Below are positions 22,745 through 32,257 of a stretch of 64,000 nucleotides of DNA, piece after piece (position 1 is the first letter of the stretch; each line of letters begins with the position of its first letter). Origin of the DNA: Candidatus Sumerlaeia bacterium (GTDB taxonomy: Bacteria; Sumerlaeota; Sumerlaeia; SLMS01; JANRJK01). A program made the position numbers and the translations under genes. Below the pieces are notes generated by a model. The model did not search any database. It saw only the letters and a list, made by a program, of their open reading frames with translations, and was not told the origin of the DNA. The stretch is from assembly GCA_033764015.1 (NCBI GenBank), contig JANRJK010000023.1:106433-170432 (forward strand). Direction: 5' to 3'.

Positions 22745-25294
22745 CTACCGGGTCGGGCCGTACAGGAAGCGCGGGGTGAGGGAGCGGATCTCCGACGGCT
22801 CGAACATGCCGAAGTTCGAGTCCTGGGTCGCGTCCTCGGAGGTGGCGCGGAGGAACACGCGCCCGGTGGCCGGCGAGGAGAGCATCTGCCCGGGCCCGCG
22901 GGGCGCCAGGCTCTTCTCGCGCCCGTCCCCCAACCGCACCCAGCCGGGTCCCGCGAAGTCGTACGCCTCGTACACGAGGCGCTGGTTCGTGCCCGGCTTG
23001 TCGTTCACCTCGAGCACGAGCGACTCGGGGCGCAGCACCACGCCGGCCGCCTCGGGCGGATCGAACGCGACCGTGAACGACGAGCGGTGGAACCGCACGC
23101 GGCCGAGCGCGTCGAATTCGAAGGTCGAGTTCGCCGCGGTGCCGAGCAGCCGGACCGAGGCCTCCGCGGAGCTCGGCCGCGGCAGCGGCAGGCGCACCAG
23201 CAGCACCGTCGCCTCGGAGCGCTCCGCGTCGGGGATGTCCGCGCGCAGCGCGGGCTCGCCGTCGTACGCCAACCCGATCAGCCACGCCCCGGAGGGATCG
23301 GTCTTGAAGGAGCTGGTGCCGCTCACGGGGGGGTAGAAGTAGGACTTCACCGCGACCGCGGCGTTGTAGCGGTTCAGTTGTCGCGCAGCCTCTTCGCCCT
23401 CGCCGGGGGGGAGCGCCATCTCGTTGAGGAGCGCCACGAGCGCCTTCGGCGCGGTCGACTCCGTGAGCGCGGCTTCGCCGCCGGCGGCGAGCGGCCCCAG
23501 CGCGTAGCTGTTCTCCGAAACGACGACGTACGCCTCGTCGAAGTCCATGCCGGTGCCGTTGCGCACGGCGCCTTCGAGGCGCGGCGGTCCGCCGGCGCCC
23601 GCTCCGCGCAGCTCCGCGGTCACGGCTCCGCCCAGCTCCGCGGGCCCGCGCTCCTGCAGCAGCGCCACTTCGTACGGGCGGAGGCGCCAGGAGCGCACCA
23701 GGACCTCGCCGCCCTGCGCGACGATCTGGGGGGCCTCGCCCGACGCCGGCGCGACGTTCTGGCCGAAGGCTCCGAACATGCCCGTGGTGAAGCTGCGGCC
23801 GCCCTCGAAGGTGCTCCAGCGGCTCTCGTCCGAAAGCGTGGGGGCGGTGCCGGCGCCGAAGGCCGACAGGTTCAGCTCGTTCGGCGTGAAGACCGCCGCG
23901 GTGCGCCGCAGCGATCCGGTGGACTCGCCCGCCGCCGTCTCCAGCAGCGCCACTTCGCGGTGGATCGCGAGCCCGCCGCGCGTGAGCCGCCCCAGCCCGT
24001 AGATCAGCACCGAGAACACGATGACCAGGGCGGGGATCGTCCCCCACGCCAGCTCGTAGCGCTGGCGCTTGCCGAGCAGGTAGAAGTGCAGCGGGCCGAT
24101 GACGATCGCGTACACCACGCAGATGAAGCTGATGATGAGGTAGTTCGGCGGGCTCCCCGCGTCGGCGGAAAGCACGCGCAGGCCGTCCGCCGCGTCCGGC
24201 GCGTCCGACTGCGTCCAGCCACGCTTGAGCGTGCCGACGTAGCTGAACCGGTGGTCCGCGAGGTTCGGCACCGGGAGCGCGCCGAACCACGCCGATGCCA
24301 GCCGCTGGTCCAGGTTTCGGCCGATCGTCTCCAGGTCGAACGCGAGGAAGTACAGCCAGCCCTTGCCGTGGCGCTCGCGGATGAAGAGCGGCTCGCCCGC
24401 CGCCGTCGCGAGCAGCACCTGCGCGGATGGATCGCGCGGCGTGATGCGGGAAGCGATGTAGGACTCCTCGCGCGTGTCCTCGCCGGCGAACTCGGGGCGG
24501 TTGTCCCGGCCGAGCTCTTCATAGGCGAGGCCCTGCTGCGTGGCGACCAGGCGGAAGCTGCCGTCCAGCGCGGCGGCCAGCAGCGGCGAGCCGTCCGGCG
24601 GGTACGAGCCCGTGTGGCGCCCCCCCAGCAGCACCAGGTGCCCGCCCATCGCGACCCAGTGCATCAGCGCCTCGCGCACGGGGGCGGTCAGCTTGCCCTC
24701 CTCCCACTGCGGCAGGACGAGCGCGTCGGCGCCGTCGTAGCCCGCCCAGTGGTCCGGCAGTGTGTCCACGCCGAGCCGCGTCCGCGTCTCGTACTCGAGG
24801 TCCGAGCGCAGCCGCGGCAGTTGGAGCGAGGAGTTCCCGGCGTCGAGCGTCGCCACCAGCGTCCGCGACTCGGAGATCGTCTGCAGCCCGTTCAGCGCGT
24901 AGGTGGAAAGGAGGCGCCCCGTGTCGGAGCGGAGCTCCAGCACCGGCGGGTTGGGGTTCGGATCCGTCGGGAACTTGGCGTAGACGAAGAAGACCTTGCT
25001 CGAGAAGCCGGGCACTTCGATGTCGCGCGAGAAGTCGAAGGCGGGCATCCCCTCCTCCTCCGGCGTCGAGCGGACGACCAGTCGCCCGGCAAAGTCGAGG
25101 TCGCGGTCCCCCGGCTTGCCCGAAGAGGGCTGGTTCGTCACGCGCACGATCACCGGGGTCCACGCGCCGGCGCGGAAGAAACCGTCGTAGCCCGCCTGCG
25201 GGAGCACCGTCAGGGCGCTCTGGGCGTGCGCCGCGGCGCTCCAGAGCGCGAGCAGCAGCGCGGCGGCGAGGATGCGTAGGGGCGTGGTTGTCAC
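22745..25294 (-). CDS. Exported/membrane protein of unknown function (possible ABC/gliding-associated GATase-like domain)
   Basis: Signal peptide AAAHA-Q, LMHWVAMGGHLVLLGG, two central TM helices. Confidence 0.6.
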   Translation of the reverse strand: MTTTPLRILAAALLLALWSAAAHAQSALTVLPQAGYDGFFRAGAWTPVIVRVTNQPSSGKPGDRDLDFAGRLVVRSTPEEEGMPAFDFSRDIEVPGFSSKVFFVYAKFPTDPNPNPPVLELRSDTGRLLSTYALNGLQTISESRTLVATLDAGNSSLQLPRLRSDLEYETRTRLGVDTLPDHWAGYDGADALVLPQWEEGKLTAPVREALMHWVAMGGHLVLLGGRHTGSYPPDGSPLLAAALDGSFRLVATQQGLAYEELGRDNRPEFAGEDTREESYIASRITPRDPSAQVLLATAAGEPLFIRERHGKGWLYFLAFDLETIGRNLDQRLASAWFGALPVPNLADHRFSYVGTLKRGWTQSDAPDAADGLRVLSADAGSPPNYLIISFICVVYAIVIGPLHFYLLGKRQRYELAWGTIPALVIVFSVLIYGLGRLTRGGLAIHREVALLETAAGESTGSLRRTAAVFTPNELNLSAFGAGTAPTLSDESRWSTFEGGRSFTTGMFGAFGQNVAPASGEAPQIVAQGGEVLVRSWRLRPYEVALLQERGPAELGGAVTAELRGAGAGGPPRLEGAVRNGTGMDFDEAYVVVSENSYALGPLAAGGEAALTESTAPKALVALLNEMALPPGEGEEAARQLNRYNAAVAVKSYFYPPVSGTSSFKTDPSGAWLIGLAYDGEPALRADIPDAERSEATVLLVRLPLPRPSSAEASVRLLGTAANSTFEFDALGRVRFHRSSFTVAFDPPEAAGVVLRPESLVLEVNDKPGTNQRLVYEAYDFAGPGWVRLGDGREKSLAPRGPGQMLSSPATGRVFLRATSEDATQDSNFGMFEPSEIRSLTPRFLYGPTR

Positions 25295-25992
25295 TCGTAG
25301 CTGATCCGGTCCCGGTTCTCTTCGATGATCTTAGGCCCGATGCCCTTGACCGCAAGCAAGTCCCGTTCTCCGCGGATCGGTCCGCGCTGCCGCCGGTGCT
25401 CGACGATCCGGGCGGCGAGCGCCGGGCCGATCCCCGCGAGCGCCTCCAGCTCCGCGGCCGACGCGCGGTTCACCGCGATGCGCGCCCCGCCCTTCGCCGC
25501 GGGCGCTGGGGCCGGCGCTGCGGGCGGCTCGGCGGCGCCGAACGACAGGTAGGGCCGCAGCCGCTCGACCGTCTTCGGGCCGATGCCCGACACCCGGTCC
25601 AAATCCTCCGCGCTGCGGAACGGCCCCTTCGCGGCGCGGTCGTCCAGGATCGCCCTCGCCTTCGCCGGCCCGATGCCGGGGAGCGTTTCGAGCAGCTTCT
25701 GGTCCGCGGTGTTCACGTCGATCAAGCCCCCGGCGGAGGCCGGCTGCGCGGCAGCGGCGTCCACGGCGGCTGGGGTGGCCGCCTGCCCTTGCGGGGGAGC
25801 CTGGAATCCGGGCGCCAAGCGCGGCGGCGCGGCGGCGGGCGGCGCGGGCGTGGCGGTCGGGCGGGGAGCGGCGGCGATCACCGGCGCCTCCGCGGCGGGG
25901 CGCTCGTACCAGCGGCCAAGGACGATGCCGGCGAGAATCGCCAGCCCGATCCCCGCGGCGAAGCGCCACTCGCGTCCGCTGCGACCGGGCAC
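25291..25992 (-). CDS. comEA: ComEA-family DNA-binding protein with two HhH modules
   Basis: IDVNTAD...LPGIGPAKA and IAVNRAS...LAGIGPALA; N-terminal TM. Confidence 0.85.
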   Translation of the reverse strand: MPGRSGREWRFAAGIGLAILAGIVLGRWYERPAAEAPVIAAAPRPTATPAPPAAAPPRLAPGFQAPPQGQAATPAAVDAAAAQPASAGGLIDVNTADQKLLETLPGIGPAKARAILDDRAAKGPFRSAEDLDRVSGIGPKTVERLRPYLSFGAAEPPAAPAPAPAAKGGARIAVNRASAAELEALAGIGPALAARIVEHRRQRGPIRGERDLLAVKGIGPKIIEENRDRISYE

Positions 25993-26011
25993 CGGAGGCG
26001 GCGGCTCCCGG

Positions 26012-27745
26012 TCAGACCGGCGGCGGGCCGCTCGTGAGCCGGTTCGGCGCCGACACGGAGCGTTCCAGGATGTTCTCGAGTTGCTGCTGCACCATGCCGG
26101 TCGTCGAAAGCCGGTTGGCGCGGATGTCCTCGACCACCTGCGCCAGCTCCGGCAGCAGCGCGCTCGATGGCGACGCGCCGAGCGCCGGGTTGCTCTTCAT
26201 CTGCGACTCGGAGGTCTTCACGAGGTGGTCGATGATGCCCGCGAGCGCCTCGAGGTCGCGGCGGAACCAGCTCACCGATTCGCCGCTGTTCGCCAGGTAC
26301 GCCTCGGGGCGCGTGTCGTCGCCGCCGCCGAGCGCGAACGCCAAGGGCGCGATGTTCGAAAGCTTCAGCCGCTGGTCGTGCCCGATCAGGATGTTCACGT
26401 ACTCGACATCGCCGTGCGGGACCCCGTGGCGGTGGAAGGCGTCGAGCGCGTAGGTGATCTGGAGCGCCATGCGCGAAAGCAGCGGCACGCCGATCGCCGG
26501 CAGCCGCGCGATGAAGTCGCGCAGGTTGCCGCCGGGGAGGAACTCGTACACCACGCGCAGCAGCTGCGCGTCCCGGTCCGCGTACACAAGCTTGCAGATG
26601 TTCGGGTGGTTGATCTCGGCGATCACCTTCATGCGCTGGTCGATCGCGCCGAGGTGCGCGCTCATCTCCGGCGTGATCGCGAAGATGCGCAGCAGCACCG
26701 GGATGTCCAGGATCCGGTCCTGCGCGGCGAAGGACGCGACGTTCTCCAGCGCGGTCATCGGGCGCTCGAAGGAGAACCGCGCCGCGAAATTCGTCAGCGA
26801 GCGCACGCTGGTCGGCGTGCCGACCACTTCCTTCCCGAGCGCAACGTGCCCCACGATCGCCTTGTGCGTGCGCGACGCCACGGACGGGTCCGCGCTCCCT
26901 TCCTGGTGGATCGGGATCGGAGTCGGGTCGGTCGAGGTGGACGCTTTGCGCAGGCGCGCCTTTTCCGAAAGGTACTTCTGCCGGGTGAGGACGGACGCCA
27001 GCGCATCGTTCTGCTCGAGGGCCCGGCGGTAGCATTTGTCCGCCAGGTCGTCGCGGCCCGCCGCCTCGAACCGGAGGCCGACGATCTCGAAAAAGCGCGC
27101 GCCCGCCTTCAGCTCGCCCACGTCGCCGCCCACCGCTTCCACCAATTCCTGCGCCTCGCGGATCCGGCCCAGGTCGAGCAGCATCTCCAGCAGTTCCAGC
27201 CGCAGCGGCTCCTCGCCCGGGTTCGCCCGCAGCGCCGCGGAGAAATGGTCGGCCGCCTGGCGCCGCTGGCCGATGCTGCGGTGCAGCCGCGCCGCCTCGA
27301 CATGCGCCTGCGCCCGCTCGAAGCAGTCCAGCGCGCGGCGGATGTCCCCGCGCCGCATCCACATCTCGCCCGCCTTGCGCGGGTCCCGCTCCTCCACCTC
27401 CGCCGCGGCCTGCGGCGAAGGGATCTCGTCCACGGAAATGGGGATCGCCGACGTGGAAGAGAGATAGCCGCGCAGATCCAGGTCCGACTGCGTGACGCGC
27501 TCCTCGACCTCCATCGACACCTTGGGGCGGATCGGCTTCATCGGGGCGGTGGCTTCCTCCGCCGTCGTCTCCCGCCCGCGCCCGTACATCACGGGGCCCG
27601 GCGCCATCGGCGCCTCCGCCTCCTGCGATTTGTCGCGGATCCGCAGCACCAGCCAGATGGCCAGCAGCAACGCCATCCCCACGGATCCCGCGAGGAAGCC
27701 GTTCGAGGTCAGGTACTCGAGGTCCAAGGCCAGCAGCTCAATCAA
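26012..27745 (-). CDS. Membrane-anchored TPR-like protein with degenerate Ser/Thr kinase domain
   Basis: N-terminal TM, helical repeats, HPNICK, EFLPGGNL, HGDVEYVNILI; start uncertain. Confidence 0.7.
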   Translation of the reverse strand: MIELLALDLEYLTSNGFLAGSVGMALLLAIWLVLRIRDKSQEAEAPMAPGPVMYGRGRETTAEEATAPMKPIRPKVSMEVEERVTQSDLDLRGYLSSTSAIPISVDEIPSPQAAAEVEERDPRKAGEMWMRRGDIRRALDCFERAQAHVEAARLHRSIGQRRQAADHFSAALRANPGEEPLRLELLEMLLDLGRIREAQELVEAVGGDVGELKAGARFFEIVGLRFEAAGRDDLADKCYRRALEQNDALASVLTRQKYLSEKARLRKASTSTDPTPIPIHQEGSADPSVASRTHKAIVGHVALGKEVVGTPTSVRSLTNFAARFSFERPMTALENVASFAAQDRILDIPVLLRIFAITPEMSAHLGAIDQRMKVIAEINHPNICKLVYADRDAQLLRVVYEFLPGGNLRDFIARLPAIGVPLLSRMALQITYALDAFHRHGVPHGDVEYVNILIGHDQRLKLSNIAPLAFALGGGDDTRPEAYLANSGESVSWFRRDLEALAGIIDHLVKTSESQMKSNPALGASPSSALLPELAQVVEDIRANRLSTTGMVQQQLENILERSVSAPNRLTSGPPPV

Positions 27746-28009
27746 TCTCGCGCGCTCGCACCGGTGCGGAAGTGTCCCTCGGCGCGGCGTGTGTGGGGTC
27801 CGCGCGGAAATGCGTGCCAGACTTATCGGGAGATTCCGGCACGCGCGCAAGCCCGCAACACCGGGCCGCCCGGAAAAACCTGAAGAGGCTAGTCGTCACA
27901 ATGGTCTGTGCAATCCCTTGGAACACCGCCCGACGCAAGCCTGATCGCGCGCCCAGCGCCGACGGAAGCGAAACAGGCGGCCGCGAACCACGGCCGGGGG
28001 GAGGGAGGA

Positions 28010-28057
28010 ATGGTACCGGAAGTGGGATTCGAACCCACGACCCCCAGATCCACAATC
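28010..28057 (-). repeat. att site: 48-bp copy of tRNA-His 3' portion
   Basis: atggtaccggaagtgggattcgaacccacgacccccagatccacaatc identical to 53988-54035. Confidence 0.97.
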
Positions 28058-28255
28058 ATTCGGGTCGCCCGCTGACGAGACTGATCTGGGAACTGGTTTA
28101 AAACGACTTACCGAGAGGCGGGACACGCTGGCGCATCGTCGCGACACACTCGGGAACGGTCGGATTTGCCACTTTCCCGCAACCCTTCGGCGGCGGGGAT
28201 GGCGGCGTTTCCGCGCGATGATGCGCAGGGGCGCAAAGTGTGGTTCAATAGCCCC

Positions 28256-28480
28256 ATGGAATTCGATCCGTCAGACCCGTTGCCCACCAAGGAGCAGGTC
28301 CGCGCAAAGGTGTCGCGCGGGACGCGTAAGCTGATCGACGCGGCGGCGGCGATCCGCGACACGCCCGACGTGGTGAAGGCCGAGGCGCTCGGGTTCTCGA
28401 CCCGCGTGCTGGTGCAGGCTGGCTGACTGCACCGCGACTCTCTAGGCACCCCACCCGCGCTGACCCTTCGTCACGAAACC
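28256..28480 (+). pseudogene. Fragment of plasmid replication initiator, RepA_C (IncW-like) family
   Basis: RKLIDAAAAIRD...EALGFSTRVLVQAG*LHRD resembles the RepA_C N-terminal LGFxxRxLVQAxLPHxD motif; stop at 28424-28426. Confidence 0.55.
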
Positions 28481-28828
28481 GGGGCGGAGGTGGCGGTTCC
28501 TTCGCGGCTCGCGATGGAGTGAGTGACCCCGCCAAATCCTGCCACCGATCAACCGAAGCCATGGGTGGGACGTCCGAATCGACTTCTTTGTCCGCGGACT
28601 CCGGGTTCGGCCCTCCGTGGTTCCGCGCCTCGTAAGGCGGCGAGGGCGTCCAACGGGAGCCCGGCCCTCGCCCGCGCCCGCTAACGGAAGCGGCGAGCGA
28701 CCGAAACAGGGCTGGGATCAAACAGCGAGTCGCCCAATCAGCCTCGGTGGCCGCCCCCGGATCGGTCCGGAACGCCATCCTCTTCCGCGGGTTCCCTCTA
28801 CGGAGTCTTCGGCGCCACGGCGAAAAGA

Positions 28829-28842
28829 TGTTATCGTGAGCA
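28829..28842. promoter_or_regulatory. Putative LacI operator
   Basis: TGTTATCGTGAGCA. Confidence 0.5.
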
Positions 28843-29019
28843 TCAAGATCGTGATCGAGCCATTGCCGCCCAGGGTGGTCGCTGCGTACCTCGGAAGGAG
28901 AACGCCCGCCTTTTACGCCTTTTTTTGCGGAAAAATTCGATTCCCCCTCTTCCCGTGACCAATCGAGCGGCCGCTTAGAAAACGCTTGCTTCGCAAGTCA
29001 AGAAAGCGCTTACTCCCTG

Positions 29020-29033
29020 TGCTATCGATAGCG
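29020..29033. promoter_or_regulatory. Putative LacI operator
   Basis: TGCTATCGATAGCG palindrome upstream of the 29179 gene. Confidence 0.6.
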
Positions 29034-29178
29034 TTGCCGGCCTGCCATGCCGGAGCTCACGACGGCAAAGCAAACAGCGAGGGCCGCGCCCACTGGGTCG
29101 CGGAGCACCCGCGACGAGGTGGGCTCCGCGGCCCCGGTCCTCGGAAAACCAGTCACTCTCTGACCAGAAAGGCGAACG

Positions 29179-31671
29179 ATGAAAAAGCTGATTACAATCG
29201 CAGTGGCAGTGCTTCTGCTCGGGTCTTCCGCCCAAGCGCAGATCGTCAGCAACGGGACGTTCGACAGCGCCGCAGGCTGGACAACGTTCCAGATCTTTGG
29301 CGCCCCGGGAACGGTCACGTTCAATTACACCGGCGCCCGACCCTCCGCGTCGGCCACTGGCGGCGCGAGCACCGGAGGCGTCCTGCGCTTCCAGCTCCCC
29401 GCCGGCGATACCGGAGTGGGCGTCTACACCCCGGTGACGCTGACGGGCGGTAACACCTACGAACTCGACGGCCTCGCAAGGGCGGTCTCCCACACGGCCG
29501 CCTCGAACTGGTTCGAGGGGTTCCTTACCTCCTCCGAGCCGGTCGCGGGCGTTGACGTCACGGCGACCCGCCTTGCGCAGCTCAACTCGTGGGCCTGCAT
29601 CAACTTCGACTCGACGTTTCTCTCCTGCGAGACGCTGACCAACCCCGGAAACGGCGGCGGACAGTTCACGATCCCGGGGACCGGTTCGCAGACGTGGTAC
29701 CTGGTCCTCAAGTCGGGCACCTGCTGCGGCGGCGGAGCGGCGGATATCGTCGTCGACACCGTCACGCTGACCGACCTCGGTGCGGGCACGACGTACGACG
29801 CCCCGCCGACCTCTCTCGTTGAGAGTTTCGACGATGGCGACGACCAGAACAACTACGGCGGCTTCTACCGCGCCTTCGCTGGTGGCGATCCGGGTGGTGT
29901 GTTCACGCCGCAGGACGCCAGCATGACGGCCGTCTCGGTCGACGCCCAAGGATTCACGGGCGCTCCGGGCGACCGCGCGCTGCACGTATTCGCTTCCACG
30001 CCGCTACAGGGGCAGTCGTTCATCTACTACGGCGGCGTCCTCAGCCTCAGCCCCCTCGAAAACATCGGCCAAAACCTTGGCCTCCTCTCGGCCCTCGAGT
30101 TCGACATCAAGCTCGGCAACGCCTCGTCCACCCGCGACTGGGTGGTGCGCATCGAGGACACGAGCGGCACCGCTCCGGAGAACTTCACCTACGTCGACAT
30201 CGAGCCGTTCCTCGTGGCGGCCGGCGGGACGAACTACGCATCGGTAAGCATTCCGCTGTCGGAGTTCGCCCTTGCCAACGCCGACGGCGGCACGGTCGCG
30301 CCGAATCTCGCGACCGCGAAGGTGATCTCGCTTGTCGTCCAGAACACCGCGCTTCTCGCCACCACCCCCGACATCTACATCGACAACTTCACGCTCGTTG
30401 GAACGGGTGGCCCGACGTACGACTCACCGCCGACCCCGCTCTCCGAGAATTTCAACGACGGCAATGATCGCAACAACTACGGCGGCCAGTACGCCGGCTT
30501 CGCCGGCGGCGACCCGGGCGGCGTCTTCACCGGCCAGGATTTCGCGATGACCGCAGCCTCCGAAGATAGCCAGGGAACGACCGGCGTCGCCGGCGACCGG
30601 GCGCTCCACATCTTCGCCAACACGCCGCTCCAGGGTCAGAACTTCATCTACTACGGCGCCGCCCTCGCCCTCTCCGACACGGGCGTCGTCGAGCGAAACC
30701 TGACGACATTCACGAACCTCGAGTTCGACATCAAGCTCGGCAACGCCAGCTCGACGAAGGACTGGGTGGTTCGCATCGAGGACACGACGGGAACTCTGGG
30801 CGAGAACTACCACTACATCGACATCGAGCCGCTCCTGGTCGCCTCGGGGACTGGATACAACTCGATCTCGATTCCCCTCGCCGACCTCGTCTCGACGCCG
30901 GACGGCGGCACCGTGGCCCCCGACCTGAGCCGCGCGAAGAACATCATTATCACGGTGCAGGACGTGAACGCGCTGGCCACCACACCGGACATCTACATCG
31001 ACAACCTTCGCCTCACCGGCTCCGGGCCGACCTACGACTCGCCGCCCACGGAGCTTGTGGAAGACTTCGACGACAACGACGACCGGAACAATTACGGCGG
31101 CCTCTACCGCGCCTTCGCCGGCGGCGACCCGGGTGGCAACTTCGCAACGCAGGACGCCAGCATGACGGCTACCTCGGTGAACATGGAAGGGATCTCCGGC
31201 ACAGACGGCGACTACGCGATGCACTTCTTTGCCAGCACGCCGATCCAGGGCCAGTCGTTCACCTACTATGGCGGCGTCATCAGCCTCAGCCCCGGCGAAA
31301 ACATCGGCCAGGACTTGACCAGCTTCACGGTCCTCAACTTCGACATCAAGCTCGGCACAGCCTCGTCGACCAAGGACTGGGTCGTCCGACTTGAAGACAC
31401 GTCGGCAACCCTTCCGCAAAACTTCCAGTACGTCGACCTCGAACCGCTCCTCACCGCGGCGGGAACCGGCTACAACAGCATCAGCATCCCTCTGGCGGAC
31501 TTCGTCTCGAACGCGGACGGTGGCACCACCGCGCCGAATCTCAGCGCCGTCAAGGTGATCTCGATCGTCGGGCAGGACGGGGCGCTGCTAGTCACGGACC
31601 CGGACATCTACATCGATAACGTCGCGCTCCGCGGCGCGGCGGCTGCATCCAACTGGCAGTACTACGAGTAA
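29179..31671 (+). CDS. Secreted protein with three tandem ~205-aa CBM11/CIA30-like domains
   Basis: Signal peptide AQA-Q; repeats begin TYD(A/S)PPT at 29791, 30415, 31030; ends SNWQYYE. Confidence 0.8.
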   Translation: MKKLITIAVAVLLLGSSAQAQIVSNGTFDSAAGWTTFQIFGAPGTVTFNYTGARPSASATGGASTGGVLRFQLPAGDTGVGVYTPVTLTGGNTYELDGLARAVSHTAASNWFEGFLTSSEPVAGVDVTATRLAQLNSWACINFDSTFLSCETLTNPGNGGGQFTIPGTGSQTWYLVLKSGTCCGGGAADIVVDTVTLTDLGAGTTYDAPPTSLVESFDDGDDQNNYGGFYRAFAGGDPGGVFTPQDASMTAVSVDAQGFTGAPGDRALHVFASTPLQGQSFIYYGGVLSLSPLENIGQNLGLLSALEFDIKLGNASSTRDWVVRIEDTSGTAPENFTYVDIEPFLVAAGGTNYASVSIPLSEFALANADGGTVAPNLATAKVISLVVQNTALLATTPDIYIDNFTLVGTGGPTYDSPPTPLSENFNDGNDRNNYGGQYAGFAGGDPGGVFTGQDFAMTAASEDSQGTTGVAGDRALHIFANTPLQGQNFIYYGAALALSDTGVVERNLTTFTNLEFDIKLGNASSTKDWVVRIEDTTGTLGENYHYIDIEPLLVASGTGYNSISIPLADLVSTPDGGTVAPDLSRAKNIIITVQDVNALATTPDIYIDNLRLTGSGPTYDSPPTELVEDFDDNDDRNNYGGLYRAFAGGDPGGNFATQDASMTATSVNMEGISGTDGDYAMHFFASTPIQGQSFTYYGGVISLSPGENIGQDLTSFTVLNFDIKLGTASSTKDWVVRLEDTSATLPQNFQYVDLEPLLTAAGTGYNSISIPLADFVSNADGGTTAPNLSAVKVISIVGQDGALLVTDPDIYIDNVALRGAAAASNWQYYE

Positions 31672-31710
31672 GGCCAGCCGTTCAAGCCCCTCACCACCAC
31701 AACTCCACCA

Positions 31711-31747
31711 AGGGCCGGGCGGCGCGAGCTGCCCGGCCTTTTCTTTT
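31711..31747 (+). terminator. Rho-independent terminator
   Basis: agggccgggcggc-gcga-gctgcccggcctt followed by ttctttt. Confidence 0.85.
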
Positions 31748-32039
31748 GTCCCCACGCTTCAAGGGTATCGTCGACCGAGGGGTGTTGGCAGTGACTTCGC
31801 GCGAGAGTGGCAGTTCCATCAGGGTCGGAGGTATAGGCTCGTCCAGACCTGGCGGGAAAGTGGCCGATACGAGTTCCACTGCCTCCTGTCTGGAAACGGT
31901 CCCGGTCGCAACCTGCCTAGATACCCGGCGGACGGTCACACCAGTCACCCGCAGACCGGTTGATCTGGCGAGCCGTGCGTCGCTATGGGTGATGGACTGA
32001 ATGAGCGGGTTCCCGGCGAAGCGGCGCCTCTCTGTGGGG

Positions 32040-32125
32040 CTGCCAATCGAGATCCCTTCGACGCTGTAGCGCTGGGCCGACAGGAGGAGTCCGACGGCGA
32101 GCAGGACGAAGAGCGGCGCGGCCGC
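32040..32125 (-). pseudogene. Diverged duplicate of the 3' end of the adjacent ABC permease gene
   Basis: AAAPLFVLLAVGLLLSAQRYSVEGISIGS vs AAATLVILPVLGLFLLAQRYFIEGISMSG; DNA offset 231 bp. Confidence 0.7.
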
Positions 32126-32257
32126 TTCCGGTAGGAGCATCCCGGTGCCGCCGCGATGGCCGCCCGGGGGGCTCGTCCCGCCCTCCTGCGAATTCCGGGC
32201 GGGAAGGGCGCCTACCTGGGTGATGCTACGAGTGGAGTGAATCCCGATGCAGCGGCG

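Noticed and set aside
28010..28057. Second tRNA gene
   Set aside because: Only the 3' portion is present with no D-arm; it is the att repeat.
29791..31635. Long DNA repeats as a possible DGR template/variable pair
   Set aside because: In-frame domain repeats, differences not adenine-specific, and no reverse transcriptase in the window.
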